This document shows, piece after piece, positions 9,485-24,310 of a stretch of 64,000 nucleotides of DNA. Made by a program: the position numbers and the translations under genes. How positions within the stretch are numbered: position 1 is the stretch's first letter; each line of letters opens with the position of its first letter. The stretch lies in assembly GCF_016903815.1 (NCBI RefSeq), contig NZ_CP069973.1. One strand, given 5' to 3'. This stretch comes from Escherichia coli (GTDB lineage: Bacteria > Pseudomonadota > Gammaproteobacteria > Enterobacterales > Enterobacteriaceae). Under the pieces are notes generated by a model, which did not search any database, had not been told where the DNA came from, and saw only the letters and a program-made list of their open reading frames with translations.

Positions 9485-11233
9485 TCACCCCTTGTGAAGT
9501 AACTCCATAAATGCCTCATATCCTGTTAACCCGGCAATAACCTCTGCCGGATGCTGACACAATACGCTTGCCAGATAGCTGAATATTTTTAGCTCATGAC
9601 GCGCATCGGCGGCGGCACAGGCGATCAGCACATGGTTAACTACTTCGTTATTCACCTCAACCGGTTGGGCGAGGGTAATAAAAAATCCACGAAAACGGCG
9701 TTCCTGTTCGCTCCAGCAATGTGGGATGGCGAGACGATTAACAATCAGGTTTTCGCCTTCGCTTTCGCGGGCGATGATCCGTTGTACTTCATCGGCGGTA
9801 ATGTGGTGTTGCGTCACTAATTGCGCACAAATTTGCCGGGTAATATGTTGCCAGCTTTCACCACGTACATTCGAATAATGAAAACTTCCGGGGGCAGAAA
9901 AAAAACGCTCCGGTTGCTGGCGAATAAATGCCGTCGCCAGAAAATGTTTTATTTGTTCGATACCGGCAGCCGTAATGATATTTTTTACGATGATGCAATT
10001 ATTGACCGCATCATCCAGTAAATAATGGCTGTTATTAATGATCAATAACGGCTCAATCTCTTCGCGAATGGCAACAAGTTCGCTTAAGCTACGGGCAATA
10101 ATCACCCGACAATGTAAAACATCGCGCTCAATGGCGAGCTGATTAATGGTGGCAATCGCGTTCTGGTCCGAGAGCAAAATGATCGGCTGGCGTTCGTTTT
10201 GATGCCGTTCCAGCGCACAGGCAAAATACAAACCGATCAGATCGCTGTCGAAAAGGGGAATATCGAGTTGTTCACGCAGTAGCGTAATAAAGTGCAGACT
10301 CATATCAAAGGCCGCAGGCCAGGCGGCTTTCAGGTTATTCATGCTGCTTTGGCGGTGCTCACCTATCCACACCGGCGCGGCAAGGCAACGTAATAAATGC
10401 CCGGTAATATTCTCAACCAGTTGCGTATCAATAATATTCAATGACGCAATGCCCGGCACCCTTTGCAGCAATGCCAGCACATTATCGACACAAATAACCT
10501 GCGCCTGTTGATGCTGTTTCTCTATCAACCCCGTCAGGGTTCTTACAGCGTTATCACCAAGAAACAGGCCGCTTTGTTCAACGATTTGTTTTATCTCGTC
10601 ACCGGGATATTGCGGCCACTCATCGGTCAGTTGATTACGCAGGGCGTAAATCGCCAGAATCAGGCTGGAGAGATAATCACCCTGCATCAGCGGCCAGCGG
10701 TGTTGGTTGTCGCAGACCGTGGATAATTGCTGAAGGTTGTCTCGTGTTACGCCCGCCAGAGGAATTAAAAACGGATCTTTGCGTAAAAGATTCGCCAGCA
10801 AAATAATGCGTTTCTCTTCTGTCTCATCAATGAAATGGCCCAAACCAGGGCGACTAGCGAGACAAAAACCGCGTTCATAGCGCTGTTTCAGGCGGGGCAG
10901 GCGCTCTGCTACCCACGTTTCTGGCAAATTAAGCGCCGAGGCGAGTTGCGCACGGGGAGTGAAGGTATTCAGTAATAGCAGCGCCAGCAGCCGATCGTCG
11001 TTATCGTGCTTTTGCAGCAACTGAAAAAAGCTGCGGCGCTCGAAGATTTCCAGCTGATAGCCCGCGTTGCCACTGGCGGAAATGCGGGCTTTGCCGTTAA
11101 GGGTAAAGTTGAGATAGTCAATATCACGCAGAATGGTCCTACCAGAAACGCCAGTCTGTTGCGCCAGCTCGCCAGGCGTGCGTGGCTGTTGCTCCAGCAG
11201 ATCGACAATCTTTAACTGGCGTTCGTTTAGCAT
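9485..11233 (-). CDS. frvR: frv operon transcriptional regulator
   Basis: 582-aa ORF; synteny with frvXBA. Confidence 0.88.
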   Translation of the reverse strand: MLNERQLKIVDLLEQQPRTPGELAQQTGVSGRTILRDIDYLNFTLNGKARISASGNAGYQLEIFERRSFFQLLQKHDNDDRLLALLLLNTFTPRAQLASALNLPETWVAERLPRLKQRYERGFCLASRPGLGHFIDETEEKRIILLANLLRKDPFLIPLAGVTRDNLQQLSTVCDNQHRWPLMQGDYLSSLILAIYALRNQLTDEWPQYPGDEIKQIVEQSGLFLGDNAVRTLTGLIEKQHQQAQVICVDNVLALLQRVPGIASLNIIDTQLVENITGHLLRCLAAPVWIGEHRQSSMNNLKAAWPAAFDMSLHFITLLREQLDIPLFDSDLIGLYFACALERHQNERQPIILLSDQNAIATINQLAIERDVLHCRVIIARSLSELVAIREEIEPLLIINNSHYLLDDAVNNCIIVKNIITAAGIEQIKHFLATAFIRQQPERFFSAPGSFHYSNVRGESWQHITRQICAQLVTQHHITADEVQRIIARESEGENLIVNRLAIPHCWSEQERRFRGFFITLAQPVEVNNEVVNHVLIACAAADARHELKIFSYLASVLCQHPAEVIAGLTGYEAFMELLHKG

Positions 11234-12309
11234 TAATCCACCTGACGGAACTGGCTAAACGCGTTGACTTTCTCCGCGGTTAAGGTGGTCAGAAAATCCC
11301 GTATCAACGTGAGCAGAGCATCGTAATCGGCTTTTGAAATCATGCCGCTGTTGGCGTGCAGATAACGCGTTGGCAGGCACAGCGCAACAACCGGGCGACC
11401 GCCACCCATCACGTTGTAGCGCCCGCCATCCGTCGCACCGGTTTTCATAGTGGAAAATTGCAGCGGTAAATCATTCTGCGTGGCACAGCTTTTTAACGCT
11501 GCTACCAGTTTCTGGTTGGGGAAGTAGCGCTTGTCAAACAGCATCAGCCCCGGCCCGTTGCCCAGTTTCAGCGGATATTTAATGTTATCAATGCCTGGAA
11601 CATCACCTGCGACAGCGGTATCCAGCACGATCACCACATCCGGTTTAATGTGTTCAGCCGAGGTTTGCGCCCCGCGTAGCCCAACTTCTTCTTCCACACT
11701 GCCAACGCCATACAGCGTAATTTCGGGGTTATTCACCGTCTGCAATAGCTCAGCCATCATTGCGCAGCCGATGCGATTATCCAGCGCCTTGCCGACCACT
11801 TTATCTTCGCCCCAGCAGGCAAAATTGGCTTCCGGGCTAATAAAATTGCCAATTTCCACGCCGCGTTTTTCTGCTTCTTCGCGACTGTTCGCGCCAATAT
11901 CAATGAACATCTCATCAAATGACAGCGGTTGTTGCTTTTGCTTTTCCGTTAACGCATGAGGCGCGACGGAACCAATCACACCAGGGATTTTAAATCCCTT
12001 GTGTGTGCGTATGGTTACCCGGTGGTTGAGCATCGACTGATTCCACCAGCCGCCAATGGTGGTAAAACGCAGAAAACCGCTCTCGTCGATGTGGGTGACC
12101 ATAAAGCCGACTTCATCCATATGCCCGACAACGGCAACTTTTGGACCTTTATTTCCCTTACGGGCAACAAAGCTGCCCAGACCATCAAAGGTGATCTCAT
12201 TAACGCAAGGTTCCAGCGTGTTTATCAGAATGTCGCGAACTTCCTGTTCATCGCCGCTGACGGCGCTGGCTTCGCACAACTGTTGCAGTAACTCAATGTT
12301 CATGGACAA
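11233..12309 (-). CDS. frvX: M42-family aminopeptidase/endoglucanase-like protein
   Basis: 358-aa ORF (start may be a few codons in); synteny. Confidence 0.88.
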   Translation of the reverse strand: MSMNIELLQQLCEASAVSGDEQEVRDILINTLEPCVNEITFDGLGSFVARKGNKGPKVAVVGHMDEVGFMVTHIDESGFLRFTTIGGWWNQSMLNHRVTIRTHKGFKIPGVIGSVAPHALTEKQKQQPLSFDEMFIDIGANSREEAEKRGVEIGNFISPEANFACWGEDKVVGKALDNRIGCAMMAELLQTVNNPEITLYGVGSVEEEVGLRGAQTSAEHIKPDVVIVLDTAVAGDVPGIDNIKYPLKLGNGPGLMLFDKRYFPNQKLVAALKSCATQNDLPLQFSTMKTGATDGGRYNVMGGGRPVVALCLPTRYLHANSGMISKADYDALLTLIRDFLTTLTAEKVNAFSQFRQVD

Positions 12310-13750
12310 GCTCCTGTTGCGCGGCTTTCGCTTTGCGGCGTAACCACAATCCTTTCAGGACGATAATGAATGAAATGTTCAGCGCGAGGCCAATCGCCAG
12401 CACCAGATAAAACGAACCCACCGGCGACATCAGGCCGATCAGCGGGTCAAAGATACCCAAACCAGGTGCCAGTCGTTTGATTCCGAAAGCGATCACCAGC
12501 ACGCCGGTAATGCCGCCCGCCAGCGTATTGGCGGTAATCATTGGCAGTGGTGCCGCCAGAGCGTAAGGAATAGCCGGTTCGGTCGCGACCGTGGCACCGA
12601 CCACAATGGCGCTACTGGCGGCTTCTTTTTCCTGTTGAGTAAACAGTTTGGGCGCAATGAACGTCGCAAGACTCGCCGCGACAGGCGGCATCAGCGCGAC
12701 AACGCCGACGATGGCGTACCAGTCGTAAATGTGTTTTTCCAGCAGTGAGAAGCAGAAGAACCAGGCGGTTTTATTGATAGGGCCGCCCATATCGAACGCC
12801 AGCATCGCACCGACCAAAAACGCTGCCGCAAACTTCATTGACGGAGGAATGGTGTTCAGGAAGTGCAGCAACCCGCCCATGAGGTCGGACATCACCGGTC
12901 CGATAACGTAGTAAGTCAGTACGCCGAAAACCAGCAGAGTGACGAACGGGATCAGCATGGAACCGAGCAGCGGTTGTAATGCTTTGCCAAGGCGCACTTT
13001 ACGGAACCAGAAGACGAAATAGCCAATCGCCAGCCCCAGCACCACCGCGCCGAGGAAGCCCGCGCCAGACTGGGTGCCGAGCAGGGCTTTGTCATTCGCC
13101 AGATAGCAAACCAGAAACGCCGGAGCGAAAGCGGGTTTATCGGCAATCGACGAGGCAATATAAGCGCCCATGATGGGGATCATAAAGGTGAAGCCGAGAT
13201 AACCGATGGATTCAACCACCCAGGTAAACGACGGCGCGCCTTTCGACATATCGGTATACGGCAAACCGAACTGCACCAGCATGTTGGCAAGCGCCACCAG
13301 GATACCGCCACCGATGACAAACGGCAGCGCCGCAGAGACACCCGCCATCAGATGGCTCATTACGCTGCCACTTTGCACTTCCTGTTTGCCGAGCTTCACG
13401 CCGCTATCTGCGGCAAAAAGTTGTGAGTTTGTCGGTAATTCACTGAAAATCTGGTCGATATTTTTCAGCGCCTGGGAGATGGCAATCTCATAAACCATTT
13501 TCCCGGCAAATCGCGCGCGATCGTCACCGCTCAGGCCACGCCCGGTGGCGAAAATCACGTAATCGGCAGCGGCAATCTCTTCGCTGGATAAGCGGTTTTC
13601 GACGCCGCTTGATCCTTGAGTTTCCACTTTTATGGTATGGCCGAGAGAACGGGCTTTCTGTTCCAGGGCTTCCGCCACCATGTAGGTGTGAGCGATCCCG
13701 GCGGGGCAGTTGGTGATCGCGACAATACGTAAGGATGACTCCATCGCCAC
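12293..13750 (-). CDS. frvB: PTS fructose-like IIBC component
   Basis: 485-aa polytopic membrane ORF with N-terminal IIB-like CPAGIAHTYM cysteine motif. Confidence 0.9.
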   Translation of the reverse strand: MAMESSLRIVAITNCPAGIAHTYMVAEALEQKARSLGHTIKVETQGSSGVENRLSSEEIAAADYVIFATGRGLSGDDRARFAGKMVYEIAISQALKNIDQIFSELPTNSQLFAADSGVKLGKQEVQSGSVMSHLMAGVSAALPFVIGGGILVALANMLVQFGLPYTDMSKGAPSFTWVVESIGYLGFTFMIPIMGAYIASSIADKPAFAPAFLVCYLANDKALLGTQSGAGFLGAVVLGLAIGYFVFWFRKVRLGKALQPLLGSMLIPFVTLLVFGVLTYYVIGPVMSDLMGGLLHFLNTIPPSMKFAAAFLVGAMLAFDMGGPINKTAWFFCFSLLEKHIYDWYAIVGVVALMPPVAASLATFIAPKLFTQQEKEAASSAIVVGATVATEPAIPYALAAPLPMITANTLAGGITGVLVIAFGIKRLAPGLGIFDPLIGLMSPVGSFYLVLAIGLALNISFIIVLKGLWLRRKAKAAQQELVHEH

Positions 13751-13754
13751 GTCC

Positions 13755-14201
13755 TTATGAGCTGAGGGTTTGATTTAACAAAGCAAGCACCTGGTCGGCG
13801 TCGCCCTGTCGCAGTTGGTCGATAAAATCCTGGTGGATAATTTTGCGGCATAGCGTGCCGATGATTTTGACCTGATCCTCTTCGCCACTTTGCGGCACAC
13901 CGAGGCAGATCCAGCAATTGACGTCTTCGCCATCGCTGGCTTTCCAGTCAATGGCCTGCGCTTTGCGGGCGAATAACACGAACGGTTGTTTAACGCAGGC
14001 GCTTTTACCGTGCGGCACGGCGACACCGGAACCAAATCCCGTGGAGTGCATTTTTTCGCGCAGCAGCAGGGTTTGCAGGAATTGATGTGAGTCGGTGATA
14101 AAACCGTTTTGTAACGCCATTGTCGCCAACTGCTTCAGAACGGAATAAGTGCCATTGCCCTGAATATTCAGGTCAATACAGCTTGCAGTAAGTGCTGCCA
14201 T
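13755..14201 (-). CDS. frvA: PTS fructose-like IIA component (148 aa from MAALTASC...)
   Basis: Track ORF 13755..14330 is an upstream over-extension from a GTG; recognised FrvA start. Confidence 0.88.
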   Translation of the reverse strand: MAALTASCIDLNIQGNGTYSVLKQLATMALQNGFITDSHQFLQTLLLREKMHSTGFGSGVAVPHGKSACVKQPFVLFARKAQAIDWKASDGEDVNCWICLGVPQSGEEDQVKIIGTLCRKIIHQDFIDQLRQGDADQVLALLNQTLSS

Positions 14202-14677
14202 TATTGGACTCCATGAAAAAATATTATAGTTAATTGTAACGGCGGGGCGGTTTTGTGATGAGCGCGGATATGTCGTGAAGTCGTGACAATATAAGGCAGA
14301 GTGAAGGATAAATTTTGCGGTGTAAGGCACATATTGATGGGCAAAATAAATGCAGTGAATAAAAAATCATTATTTAATGATGTTGTGAATGTTTAACTGC
14401 CGCACATGTTTTGCAGCAAGGTTATTTATATTTGTGGCTTATGAGTCAGCGTGAATTATATCTAATATTTTTTACGATATTTGGTTAAAAACGGCACTAT
14501 TGTTATATTCCTCACGTTCCAGGAAATCAGCGGATTTACTCATATTATGCAGCGGGATACTATCCATAGGCCTGCTGAAGTTGGATTAAAAATTCGAAAG
14601 TGCACACCTTATATTTCTCTATATACGTATTCCTTTTGGAAAGCGTAGGGTCTCTTTTATTTCAGGGAACGTAAATA

Positions 14678-16072
14678 ATGAAAAAATCGACATTATCTTT
14701 AGCCATCGGTTTATTATTGGCATGTAGTACCGGAATGGCAAAAACACAGCATTTAACGCTGGAACAACGCATGGCATTGCTGGAAGAACGCCTGGAAGCG
14801 GCAGAAATGCGGGCAGCAAAAGCAGAGAGCCAGGTTAAACAGCTGCAGACACAACAAGCCGCTGAGATCCGCGAAATTAAGGCTGCCCAGGGCAATACGC
14901 CGGTAAATGGACAGGCAACGGCGGAATCTGCAAAGAAAAATTCCACCTCACCTAATCTTTTGCTCTCAGGTTATGGCGATTTAAAAATCTACGGCGATGT
15001 AGAATTTAATATGGATGCGGAAAGTAATCATGGCCTGCTGGCAATGACCAACGCTGATGTGAATAGCGATCCCACTAATGAACAGTGGAATCTCAATGGT
15101 CGTATTCTGTTAGGTTTTGATGGTATGCGAAAACTGGATAATGGCTATTTCGCCGGGTTCTCCGCACAACCGCTGGGGGACATGCACGGTTCAGTAAATA
15201 TCGATGATGCGGTATTCTTCTTTGGCAAAGAAAACGACTGGAAGGTCAAAGTAGGCCGTTTTGAAGCCTACGATATGTTCCCGCTGAATCAGGATACCTT
15301 TGTTGAACATTCCGGTAATACTGCGAACGATCTTTATGACGATGGCAGCGGTTATATCTATATGATGAAAGAGGGCCGCGGGCGCTCTAACGCTGGCGGT
15401 AATTTCCTCGTCAGCAAACAACTTGATAACTGGTATTTTGAATTAAACACGTTACTTGAAGACGGAACATCTTTATATAATGACGGTAATTATCATGGAC
15501 GCGATATGGAGCAGCAGAAAAATGTTGCTTATCTGCGTCCGGTAATTGCCTGGTCGCCGACGGAAGAATTTACCGTTTCCGCAGCGATGGAAGCGAACGT
15601 GGTAAATAATGCTTATGGTTATACCGATAGCAAGGGTAATTTTGTCGATCAGTCCGATCGTACCGGCTATGGTATGAGCATGACCTGGAATGGCCTGAAA
15701 ACGGATCCGGAAAATGGCGTCGTGGTTAATCTTAATACCGCCTATTTAGATGCTAATAATGAGAAAGATTTCACTGCCGGGATTAACGCGCTGTGGAAAC
15801 GTTTCGAGCTAGGTTATATCTACGCGCACAATAAGATTGATGAATTCAGCGGTGTAGTTTGTGATAACGACTGCTGGATTGATGATGAAGGGACGTACAC
15901 CATTCACACCATTCATGCGTCTTATCAGTTCGCTAATGTGATGGATATGGAGAACTTTAATATTTACCTCGGGACGTATTACTCCATTCTGGATAGCGAC
16001 GGTGATAAAAAACACGGTGATGATACTGATGACCGTTACGGCGCACGCGTTCGCTTTAAATACTTCTTCTGA
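14678..16072 (+). CDS. outer-membrane carbohydrate porin, ScrY/LamB-like, with N-terminal coiled-coil extension
   Basis: Signal peptide MKKSTLSLAIGLLLACSTGMA; heptad-like LEQRMALLEERLEAAEMRAAKAESQVKQLQ; Tyr/Gly/Asn/Asp-rich beta-barrel-like body; C-terminal ...RFKYFF. Confidence 0.7.
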   Translation: MKKSTLSLAIGLLLACSTGMAKTQHLTLEQRMALLEERLEAAEMRAAKAESQVKQLQTQQAAEIREIKAAQGNTPVNGQATAESAKKNSTSPNLLLSGYGDLKIYGDVEFNMDAESNHGLLAMTNADVNSDPTNEQWNLNGRILLGFDGMRKLDNGYFAGFSAQPLGDMHGSVNIDDAVFFFGKENDWKVKVGRFEAYDMFPLNQDTFVEHSGNTANDLYDDGSGYIYMMKEGRGRSNAGGNFLVSKQLDNWYFELNTLLEDGTSLYNDGNYHGRDMEQQKNVAYLRPVIAWSPTEEFTVSAAMEANVVNNAYGYTDSKGNFVDQSDRTGYGMSMTWNGLKTDPENGVVVNLNTAYLDANNEKDFTAGINALWKRFELGYIYAHNKIDEFSGVVCDNDCWIDDEGTYTIHTIHASYQFANVMDMENFNIYLGTYYSILDSDGDKKHGDDTDDRYGARVRFKYFF

Positions 16073-16112
16073 TGAAGGCGCGGTGCTGGATATTTTCCGG
16101 CACCGCAACTCA

Positions 16113-16427
16113 TTATGGCAGGTAAAACACTTCTTGCAGCTCGCTACTGACTGGGCTGTTATCCGGGTTAGCTGGCATAACGTCGGTCATATATTTCCAC
16201 CAACGTTGGCAAACATCAGTGCTGGCTACCGCATTCCACCGTTCTTCAGATTCAATCTCTACCGTGGCAAACAGCAGATTACGCGCTTTGTCGAGGTAAA
16301 TGGCGTAGTTATGCGCACCGTGAGATTTCAACACTGCTTCCAGTTCCGGCCAGATGGGGTTATGCCGACGCTGATACTCTTCGTGGGCGTCGGGGTTAAC
16401 CTGCATTACAAAGGCTTTGCGGATCAT
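16113..16427 (-). CDS. rhaM: L-rhamnose mutarotase
   Basis: 104-aa ORF, recognised sequence. Confidence 0.92.
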
Positions 16428-16436
16428 GTTTGCTCC

Positions 16437-17261
16437 TTACAGCGCCAGCGCACTGGCGAGTGGTGTAACGCCGAAACGCTGGCCGAGCGCTATCAGCTCT
16501 TCACGACTGATGGTCTGTTTCATGCCGCCCATCGAATAAACCTTCACTAATACTTGTGCTGATTTTTCTGCGGTGTCGATTAAACCGAATGTTTCATCCA
16601 GTGTCGGACCGCTGCCGAAGACGCCGTGGAAGGGCCACAACACCAGCGAATGTTTTTGCATTTCCTGTGCGGTCGCCTGGCCGATTTCGTCGGTGCCGGG
16701 CACCATCCACGGCAAAATGCCGACGCCATCCGGGAACACTACCAGACATTCGGTGCTGCCTTCCCACAGTTGGCGAGTGAAGACCGCGGTGTCGTTTTCC
16801 AGTACGTAGGTAAGGGCGATCAGGTTGGTGGCATGGCAGTGCATGATCACCCGATCTTTACCGTTGGTGGCTTTAATGCGTTCGCAGTGGGAGAGGAAGT
16901 GCGCCGGGAGTTCAGAGGTTGGAACGGCTTCGTGAGTTAGCCCCCAGAGAATGTGGTAGCCCGTGCCGTCGCTGTCGACTTTTACGACGCCTAAGTTAGC
17001 CGCAGGATCAAGCTGGACGTTGCGGAAGAATTTGCCGGAGCCGGTGACAATAAACGGTGTATTTGCCAGTAAAGGCATGGGCTGGCTGAGCGGGATATAG
17101 CGCGGTTGTGCATGAAAGTTGTCGTGATAAGGCGCGATATCGGCGTCATCCAGGCGTAGCGTCAGGTTGCCGCCGTTGCGCTCGTCCCAGCCTTTCAGCC
17201 AGGCGTCGGTGGTGGCTTTAATCATTCCCTGGACAAACCAGGACTGAGTAATGTTTTGCAT
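16437..17261 (-). CDS. rhaD: rhamnulose-1-phosphate aldolase (274 aa from MQNITQSW)
   Basis: Track ORF 16437..17351 over-extends upstream; recognised start. Confidence 0.92.
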   Translation of the reverse strand: MQNITQSWFVQGMIKATTDAWLKGWDERNGGNLTLRLDDADIAPYHDNFHAQPRYIPLSQPMPLLANTPFIVTGSGKFFRNVQLDPAANLGVVKVDSDGTGYHILWGLTHEAVPTSELPAHFLSHCERIKATNGKDRVIMHCHATNLIALTYVLENDTAVFTRQLWEGSTECLVVFPDGVGILPWMVPGTDEIGQATAQEMQKHSLVLWPFHGVFGSGPTLDETFGLIDTAEKSAQVLVKVYSMGGMKQTISREELIALGQRFGVTPLASALAL

Positions 17262-17284
17262 GTTCGGTGTTCCTGTAAATTCGG

Positions 17285-17343
17285 TGTTGTCGGATGCACG
17301 ATCTGTCGGCCGAATAAGGCGCTCGCGCCGCATCCGGCAGTGT
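17285..17343. repeat. REP element in the rhaA-rhaD spacer
   Basis: GTCGGATGC...GCCGCATCCGGCA imperfect palindromes. Confidence 0.65.
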
Positions 17344-20356
<3,013 letters not shown>

Positions 20357-21193
20357 ATGACCGTATTACATAGTGTGGATTTTTTTCCGTCTGGTAACGC
20401 GTCCGTGGCGATAGAACCCCGGCTCCCGCAGGCGGATTTTCCTGAACATCATCATGATTTTCATGAAATTGTGATTGTCGAACATGGCACGGGTATTCAT
20501 GTGTTTAATGGGCAGCCCTATACCATCACCGGTGGCACGGTCTGTTTCGTACGCGATCATGATCGGCATCTGTATGAACATACCGATAATCTGTGTCTGA
20601 CCAATGTGCTGTATCGCTCGCCGGATCGATTTCAGTTTCTCGCCGGGCTGAATCAGTTGCTGCCACAAGAGCTGGATGGGCAGTATCCGTCTCACTGGCG
20701 CGTTAACCACAGCGTGTTGCAGCAGGTGCGACAGCTGGTTGCACAGATGGAACAGCAGGAAGAGGAAAATGATTTACCCTCGACCGCCAGTCGCGAGATC
20801 TTATTTATGCAATTACTGCTCTTGCTGCGTAAAAGCAGTTTGCAGGAGAACCTGGAAAACAGCGCGTCACGTCTCAACTTGCTTCTGGCCTGGCTGGAGG
20901 ACCATTTTGCCGATGAGGTAAATTGGGATGCCGTGGCGGATCAATTTTCTCTTTCGCTGCGTACGCTACATCGGCAGCTTAAGCAGAAAACGGGACTGAC
21001 GCCTCAGCGTTACCTGAACCGCCTGCGACTGATGAAAGCCCGACATCTGCTACGCCACAGCGAGGCCAGCGTTACTGACATCGCCTATCGCTGCGGATTT
21101 AGCGACAGTAACCACTTTTCGACGCTTTTTCGCCGAGAGTTTAACTGGTCACCGCGTGATATTCGCCAGGGACGGGATGGCTTTCTGCAATAA
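20357..21193 (+). CDS. rhaS: AraC-family L-rhamnose activator RhaS
   Basis: 278-aa ORF with C-terminal AraC HTH; recognised. Confidence 0.94.
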   Translation: MTVLHSVDFFPSGNASVAIEPRLPQADFPEHHHDFHEIVIVEHGTGIHVFNGQPYTITGGTVCFVRDHDRHLYEHTDNLCLTNVLYRSPDRFQFLAGLNQLLPQELDGQYPSHWRVNHSVLQQVRQLVAQMEQQEEENDLPSTASREILFMQLLLLLRKSSLQENLENSASRLNLLLAWLEDHFADEVNWDAVADQFSLSLRTLHRQLKQKTGLTPQRYLNRLRLMKARHLLRHSEASVTDIAYRCGFSDSNHFSTLFRREFNWSPRDIRQGRDGFLQ

Positions 21194-21266
21194 CGCGAAT
21201 CTTCTCAACGTATTTGTACGCCATATTGCGAATAATCAACTTCGTTCTCTGGCCGAGGTAGCCACG

Positions 21267-22115
21267 GTGGCGCATCAGTTAAAACTTCTCAAAGATGATT
21301 TTTTTGCCAGCGACCAGCAGGCAGTCGCTGTGGCTGACCGTTATCCGCAAGATGTCTTTGCTGAACATACACATGATTTTTGTGAGCTGGTAATTGTCTG
21401 GCGCGGCAATGGTCTGCATGTACTCAACGATCGCCCTTATCGCATTACCCGTGGCGATCTCTTTTACATTCATGCTGACGATAAACACTCCTACGCTTCC
21501 GTTAACGATCTGGTTTTGCAGAATATTATTTATTGCCCGGAGCGGCTGAAGCTGAATCTTGACTGGCAGGGGGCGATTCCGGGATTTAGCGCCAGCGCAA
21601 GGCAACCACACTGGCGCTTAGGTAGCGTGGGGATGGCGCAGGCGCGGCAGGTTATCGGTCAACTTGAGCATGAAAGTAGTCAGCATGTGCCGTTTGCTAA
21701 CGAAATGGCAGAGTTGCTGTTCGGGCAGTTGGTGATGTTGCTGAATCGCCATCGTTACACCAGCGATTCGTTGCCGCCAACATCCAGCGAAACGTTGCTG
21801 GATAAGCTGATTACCCGGCTGGCGGCCAGCCTGAAAAGTCCCTTTGCGCTGGATGAATTTTGTGATGAGGCATCGTGCAGTGAGCGCGTTTTGCGTCAGC
21901 AATTTCGCCAGCAGACTGGAATGACCATCAATCAATATCTGCGGCAGGTCAGAGTGTGTCATGCGCAATATCTTCTCCAGCATAGCCGCCTGTTAATCAG
22001 TGATATTTCAACCGAATGTGGCTTTGAAGATAGTAACTATTTTTCGGTGGTGTTTACCCGGGAAACCGGGATGACGCCCAGTCAGTGGCGTCATCTCAAT
22101 TCGCAGAAAGATTAA
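21267..22115 (+). CDS. rhaR: AraC-family L-rhamnose activator RhaR (282 aa, GTG start)
   Basis: Track ORF 21156..22115; in-frame GTG at 21267 gives the recognised start (M)[12 protein letters not shown]. Confidence 0.9.
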   Translation: MAHQLKLLKDDFFASDQQAVAVADRYPQDVFAEHTHDFCELVIVWRGNGLHVLNDRPYRITRGDLFYIHADDKHSYASVNDLVLQNIIYCPERLKLNLDWQGAIPGFSASARQPHWRLGSVGMAQARQVIGQLEHESSQHVPFANEMAELLFGQLVMLLNRHRYTSDSLPPTSSETLLDKLITRLAASLKSPFALDEFCDEASCSERVLRQQFRQQTGMTINQYLRQVRVCHAQYLLQHSRLLISDISTECGFEDSNYFSVVFTRETGMTPSQWRHLNSQKD

Positions 22116-23146
22116 TTCGCCATGCCCATGCCGACGATGTTGGCGGCGACAATAATCACCACACAACCGAGGCTCAACACCGTTACCGGACGGCGACCTG
22201 CATTGTTCCACTCTTTCAGCACCAGCCCGACGATACCGCCGCACAATACATAGAAGCTCATATGCAGCATCCAGCTGATGTAGTCATACTGCGCCGGAAT
22301 ACGCGCGTGGCCCCAGGCATAGAAAAAGAATTGCAGATACCACATCAACCCGCCCAGTGCTGAGAGTAACACATTGTGAATGATCAGCGGTTTTGCCAGC
22401 GAGAAGTCGGCTTTTAGCGACAAATCCTTCACTTTTGCCAGACGAGTGAAGCAGAAACCGAGGTTGATGATCGCGCCGCCTCCCATGATGACAACATAGC
22501 TTGGCAGAGCGACATACAGTGGATCGACGCCCAGTGCAGCAGCGGCTTCATGCATCGGTTTTGCGGCGTTCATCGCAAAGGACATCCCGGCAGAGAAAAT
22601 GCCGCACATCACCGCCAGCACCAGCCCTTTTTTCAGGTTGAACTCTTCGGCTTTAATGCCCATCTTGCGCTCTTTCAACTGCCCGGCGCGAGTTACAATC
22701 CCTACGCCAATCAGCGCCACCAGAACGCCGAGCAACGTCATGCGTCCGCCTTCGGTATTAATCAGAACATCGAAATTGCCGTTGATAATTGGCGTCATCA
22801 GCGTACCGACAATCAACGTAATGCCAATGGCGATGCCAATTCCCATCGACATGCCGAGATAACGCATGGTCAGGCCGTAGTTGATATTACCGATCCCCCA
22901 CATTGCGCCGAACAGAAAAACAGGCAGCAGCGTAGAGAGACTAAACGAGCTGTAATACGCCCAGAAATTCGGTAGTAACAGGGCGCTGATGGCCCACGGC
23001 AGAATAATCCACGAAACAATCCCACCAACTGACCACATGGTTTCCCATGACCATTTTTTTACTTTTTTGAACGGAGCGTAAAAACAGGCTGCACTGGCCG
23101 CGCCGATCAAATGCCAAAATATCCCCATCGTAATCGCGTTAATCAT
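22112..23146 (-). CDS. rhaT: L-rhamnose-proton symporter
   Basis: 344-aa polytopic membrane ORF; recognised. Confidence 0.93.
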   Translation of the reverse strand: MINAITMGIFWHLIGAASAACFYAPFKKVKKWSWETMWSVGGIVSWIILPWAISALLLPNFWAYYSSFSLSTLLPVFLFGAMWGIGNINYGLTMRYLGMSMGIGIAIGITLIVGTLMTPIINGNFDVLINTEGGRMTLLGVLVALIGVGIVTRAGQLKERKMGIKAEEFNLKKGLVLAVMCGIFSAGMSFAMNAAKPMHEAAAALGVDPLYVALPSYVVIMGGGAIINLGFCFTRLAKVKDLSLKADFSLAKPLIIHNVLLSALGGLMWYLQFFFYAWGHARIPAQYDYISWMLHMSFYVLCGGIVGLVLKEWNNAGRRPVTVLSLGCVVIIVAANIVGMGMAN

Positions 23147-23336
23147 CTTCTTATCCTCATCATTTTTCGTCGCGTCACATCTCCGACGAGATGAGTGTAA
23201 AAATCGTGCTGTCGATTAACCTTTCGCCTGTTGCCGCCGTTGTCGATTTACTGGCAATCACGGCATTAAGTGGGTGATTTGCTTCACATCTCGGGCATTT
23301 TCCTGCAAAACCATACCCTTACGAAAAGTACGGCAT

Positions 23337-23373
23337 TGATAATCATTTTCAATATCATTTAATTAACTATAAT
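23337..23373 (+). promoter_or_regulatory. sodA promoter: Fur-box-like GATAATCATTTTCAATATCATT and -10 TATAAT
   Basis: Seen directly about 60-90 nt upstream of the sodA ATG. Confidence 0.6.
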
Positions 23374-23430
23374 GAACCAACTGCTTACGCGGCATTAACA
23401 ATCGGCCGCCCGACAACACTGGAGATGAAT

Positions 23431-24051
23431 ATGAGTTATACCCTGCCATCCCTGCCGTATGCTTACGATGCCCTGGAACCGCACTTCGATAAGCAGACCA
23501 TGGAAATCCACCACACCAAACACCATCAGACCTACGTCAACAACGCCAACGCGGCGCTGGAAAGCCTGCCAGAATTTGCCAACCTGCCGGTTGAAGAGCT
23601 GATCACCAAACTGGACCAGCTGCCAGCAGACAAGAAAACCGTACTGCGCAACAACGCTGGCGGTCACGCTAACCACAGCCTGTTCTGGAAAGGTCTGAAA
23701 AAAGGCACCACCCTGCAGGGTGACCTGAAAGCGGCTATCGAACGTGACTTCGGCTCCGTTGATAACTTCAAAGCAGAATTTGAGAAAGCGGCAGCTTCCC
23801 GCTTTGGTTCCGGCTGGGCATGGCTGGTGCTGAAAGGCGATAAACTGGCGGTGGTTTCTACTGCTAACCAGGATTCCCCGCTGATGGGTGAAGCTATTTC
23901 TGGCGCTTCCGGCTTCCCGATTCTGGGCCTGGATGTGTGGGAACATGCTTACTACCTGAAATTCCAGAACCGCCGTCCTGACTACATCAAAGAGTTCTGG
24001 AACGTGGTGAACTGGGACGAAGCAGCGGCACGTTTCGCGGCGAAAAAATAA
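23431..24051 (+). CDS. sodA: Mn superoxide dismutase
   Basis: 206 aa from [20 protein letters not shown]; GGAG 6 nt upstream. Confidence 0.97.
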   Translation: MSYTLPSLPYAYDALEPHFDKQTMEIHHTKHHQTYVNNANAALESLPEFANLPVEELITKLDQLPADKKTVLRNNAGGHANHSLFWKGLKKGTTLQGDLKAAIERDFGSVDNFKAEFEKAAASRFGSGWAWLVLKGDKLAVVSTANQDSPLMGEAISGASGFPILGLDVWEHAYYLKFQNRRPDYIKEFWNVVNWDEAAARFAAKK

Positions 24052-24108
24052 TCATTTGCCGCCTGCTGCAATGAGGCGTTTACGCCGCATATCAGCTTAA
24101 AAAATGAA

Positions 24109-24134
24109 CCATCGCCAACGGCGGTGGTTTTTTT
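24109..24134 (+). terminator. intrinsic terminator after sodA
   Basis: CCATCGCC-AAC-GGCGGTGG followed by T7. Confidence 0.7.
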
Positions 24135-24310
24135 GTGATCAATTTCAAAATAAAAACAATGATCCGATAAAAATAAAACAGTGTTTCAATTGATGTGGTT
24201 TTGATCACTTTTATTGATTAAATGAATGTCTATCTTCGTTTCCATCAACACTGATGCTCCATTGAGGAATGACGCATCAGCCCTTAAAAATATGCCGACA
24301 GGTGATGGAA

